A stretch of 64,000 nucleotides of DNA. It comes from Squalus acanthias (Eukaryota). Below, piece by piece: positions 62,049 to 64,000 of this stretch. Both the position numbers and the translations under genes were made by a program. The stretch is taken from assembly GCA_030390025.1 (NCBI GenBank), contig CM059431.1, positions 140,308,001-140,372,000 on the forward strand. Direction: 5' to 3'. Below the pieces are notes generated by a model that was not told the origin of the DNA, searched no databases, and saw only the letters and a list, made by a program, of their open reading frames with translations. Each line of letters begins with the position of its first letter. The stretch's first letter is position 1.

Positions 62049-62993
62049 CATCAGTACATTGTCAGCCTGTCCCTCTCTCAGTGCTGCCCAATCAGTACAT
62101 TGTGAGCCTGTCCCTCTCTCAGTGCTGCCCAATCAGTACATTGTGAGCGTGTCCCTCTCTCAGTGCAGCCCAATCAGTACAATGTGAGCCTGTCCCCCTC
62201 TCAGTTATGCCCAATCAGTACATTGTGAGCCTGTCCCTCTCTCAGTGCTGCTCAATCAGTACATTGTGAGCCTGTCCCTCTCTCAGTGCTGTCCAAACAG
62301 TACATTGTGAGCCTGTCCCCCTCTCAGTGCTGCCCAGTCAGTACATTGTGAGTCTGTCTCTCTCTCAGTGCTGCCCAATCAGTACATTGTGAGCCTGCGC
62401 CTCCCTCAGTGCTGCCCAATCAGTACATTGTGAGCCGAACCCTCTCTCAGTGCTGCCCAATCAGTACATTGTGAGCCTGTTCCTCTCTCAGTGCTGCCCA
62501 ATCAGTACATTTTGAGCCTGTCCCTCGCTCAGTGCTGCCCAATCAGTACATTGTGAGCCCGTCCCTCTCTCAGTGCTGCCCAATCAGTACATTGTGAGCC
62601 TGTCACTGTCTCATTGCTGCCCAATCAGTACATTTTGAGCCTGTCCCTCGCTCAGTGCTGCCCAATCAGTACATTGTGAACCTGTCCCTCGCTCAGTGCT
62701 GCCCAATCAGTACATTGTGAGCCTGTCCCTCTCTCAGTGCTGCCCAATCAATACATTGTGAGCCTGTCCCTCTCTCAGTGCTGCCCAATCAGTACATTGT
62801 GAGCCTGTCCCTCTCTCAGTGCTGCCCAATCAGTACATTGTGAGCTGTCCCTCTCTCAGTGCTGCCCAATCAGTACATTGTGAGCCTGTCCCTCTCTCAG
62901 TGCTGCCCAATCAGTACATTGTGAGCCTGTCCCTCTCTCAGTGCTGCCCAATCAGTACATTGTGAGCCTTGTCCCTCTCTCAGTGCTGCCCAA
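62049..62993. repeat. Minisatellite, 41-bp unit, about 23 copies
   Basis: Unit AATCAGTACATTGTGAGCCTGTCCCTCTCTCAGTGCTGCCC with high identity between copies. Confidence 0.97.
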
Positions 62994-63400
62994 TTCCCGA
63001 TTTGCTATTTTTACAAAAGCTCAGCTCTGCTGGGTGGGAGGTTCAATCATTCATCCATTATAACCACTACAGCCATATAACCAGAATCACCTGTGGATTT
63101 GTAATGAGATGTCTGCAGTACATTGTGCGGCAGGTAGTATTCACCATCAGAGGGAACATTTCACCTTCACCCAGCTCGCCATGTTAAGTAAATATTAGTG
63201 TCCCATGTAGATTTGAAACTTCTCTCAGCAATTTCCTGTCAACCAAGATTCACATGAACTGTTTTGGTTTTCTTACTGTATACGATTAAAATTTAAAAAT
63301 AGTTCGTGTTACATTTTACTGAAAAGCAGAGCAGTACATCGGAGATTTCTTTGACAATATAACTAAAATTGAAACCACTTTCTGTCTGTTCTAACTGAAG

Positions 63401-64000
63401 ATGTTCAACAGAAACACAAGGAAATACTCCGGGAACAAACTGAAACATTGAGAGTGAACACCATCCTAATACAGGATAAGGTTAAGATTTTCCAGCTGGT
63501 TGATCGATACGCTGAGCTAACGGTCATTTCTACTGTTCGAGATTGGACACTTGTAGAACATGAACTGCTGGCAAGAGGCCGAGACCATGAAGAGTGGAGA
63601 GAGAAACATCTCCGGAGAGAGCTGGAAAAAATCCGAACTGACCAATTCTTCCAGAGCAGTTTTTCCCGGAGAAAATCCAAATCTGGGAGATCAGCAGCAG
63701 TGAGCGGAGTTGCGGGGATTGGAAAAACAACAATGGTACAAAAGATTATTCATGACTGGGCCACTGGGAAAATATACCCACACTTTCAATTTGTTTTCAG
63801 CTTTAAATTCCGCGATTTGAACGCTATTAACTGTAGAATAAACCTGAGGAATCTGATACTGGATCAGTATCCTTACTTTGGGAAAATTCTGGGAGAGCTC
63901 TGGAAGAACCCGAAGCGATTGTTGTTTATATTCGATGGATTGGATGAATTCAAGGACAGCATCGATTTTGCTGACAATCGGAGAAATACAGAACCTCAGT
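63401..64000 (+). CDS. NLR gene large NACHT exon (partial, runs off window): pre-NACHT/FISNA-like region + NACHT NTPase
   Basis: Acceptor CTGTTCTAACTGAAG|, phase 1, open to the window end: DVQQKHKEILREQTETL..YAELTVI.. Walker A GVAGIGKT (63706-63729), W..G.IYPHFQFVFSFKFRDLN, and Walker B LLFIFDGLDE (63919-63948). Missing from the ORF track. Confidence 0.95.

Overview
Eukaryotic, vertebrate genomic DNA. It is most likely from a cartilaginous fish, which I infer from the CR1/L2/Penelope/Deu-SINE repeat landscape and the style of the NLR. Most of the window is decayed retroelements (many CR1-clade LINE fragments, some nested three deep, plus L2, a Penelope-like element and SINEs), Harbinger-type DNA-transposon remnants and three minisatellites. 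Nearly all ORFs in the supplied track are TE debris or their antisense shadows. The one clear host gene is a + strand, intron-rich NLR (CARD-like death fold + NACHT) that I assembled by hand from splice sites: 34497-34512, 42592-42758, 47139-47310, 47415-47480 and 63401->64000, running off the window. Upstream and in the same orientation lie a signal-peptide-like leader exon (12997-13066), a tandemly duplicated 60-nt phase-1 S/T/P/A-rich exon module (two intact copies, two dead copies) and a candidate hydrophobic exon (31071-~31172). Their splice phases are compatible with joining the NLR start exon. This suggests a membrane-tethered NLR architecture, or a small membrane protein coupled to the NLR, but a 1-nt frame offset in exon 34418-34512 currently separates the two ORFs. 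Also notable are a 345-bp hairpin insertion carrying a hammerhead-ribozyme motif on each strand, and a SINE/tRNA-Lys chimera. No searches were run: family names come from motif recognition, and TE boundaries are approximate.
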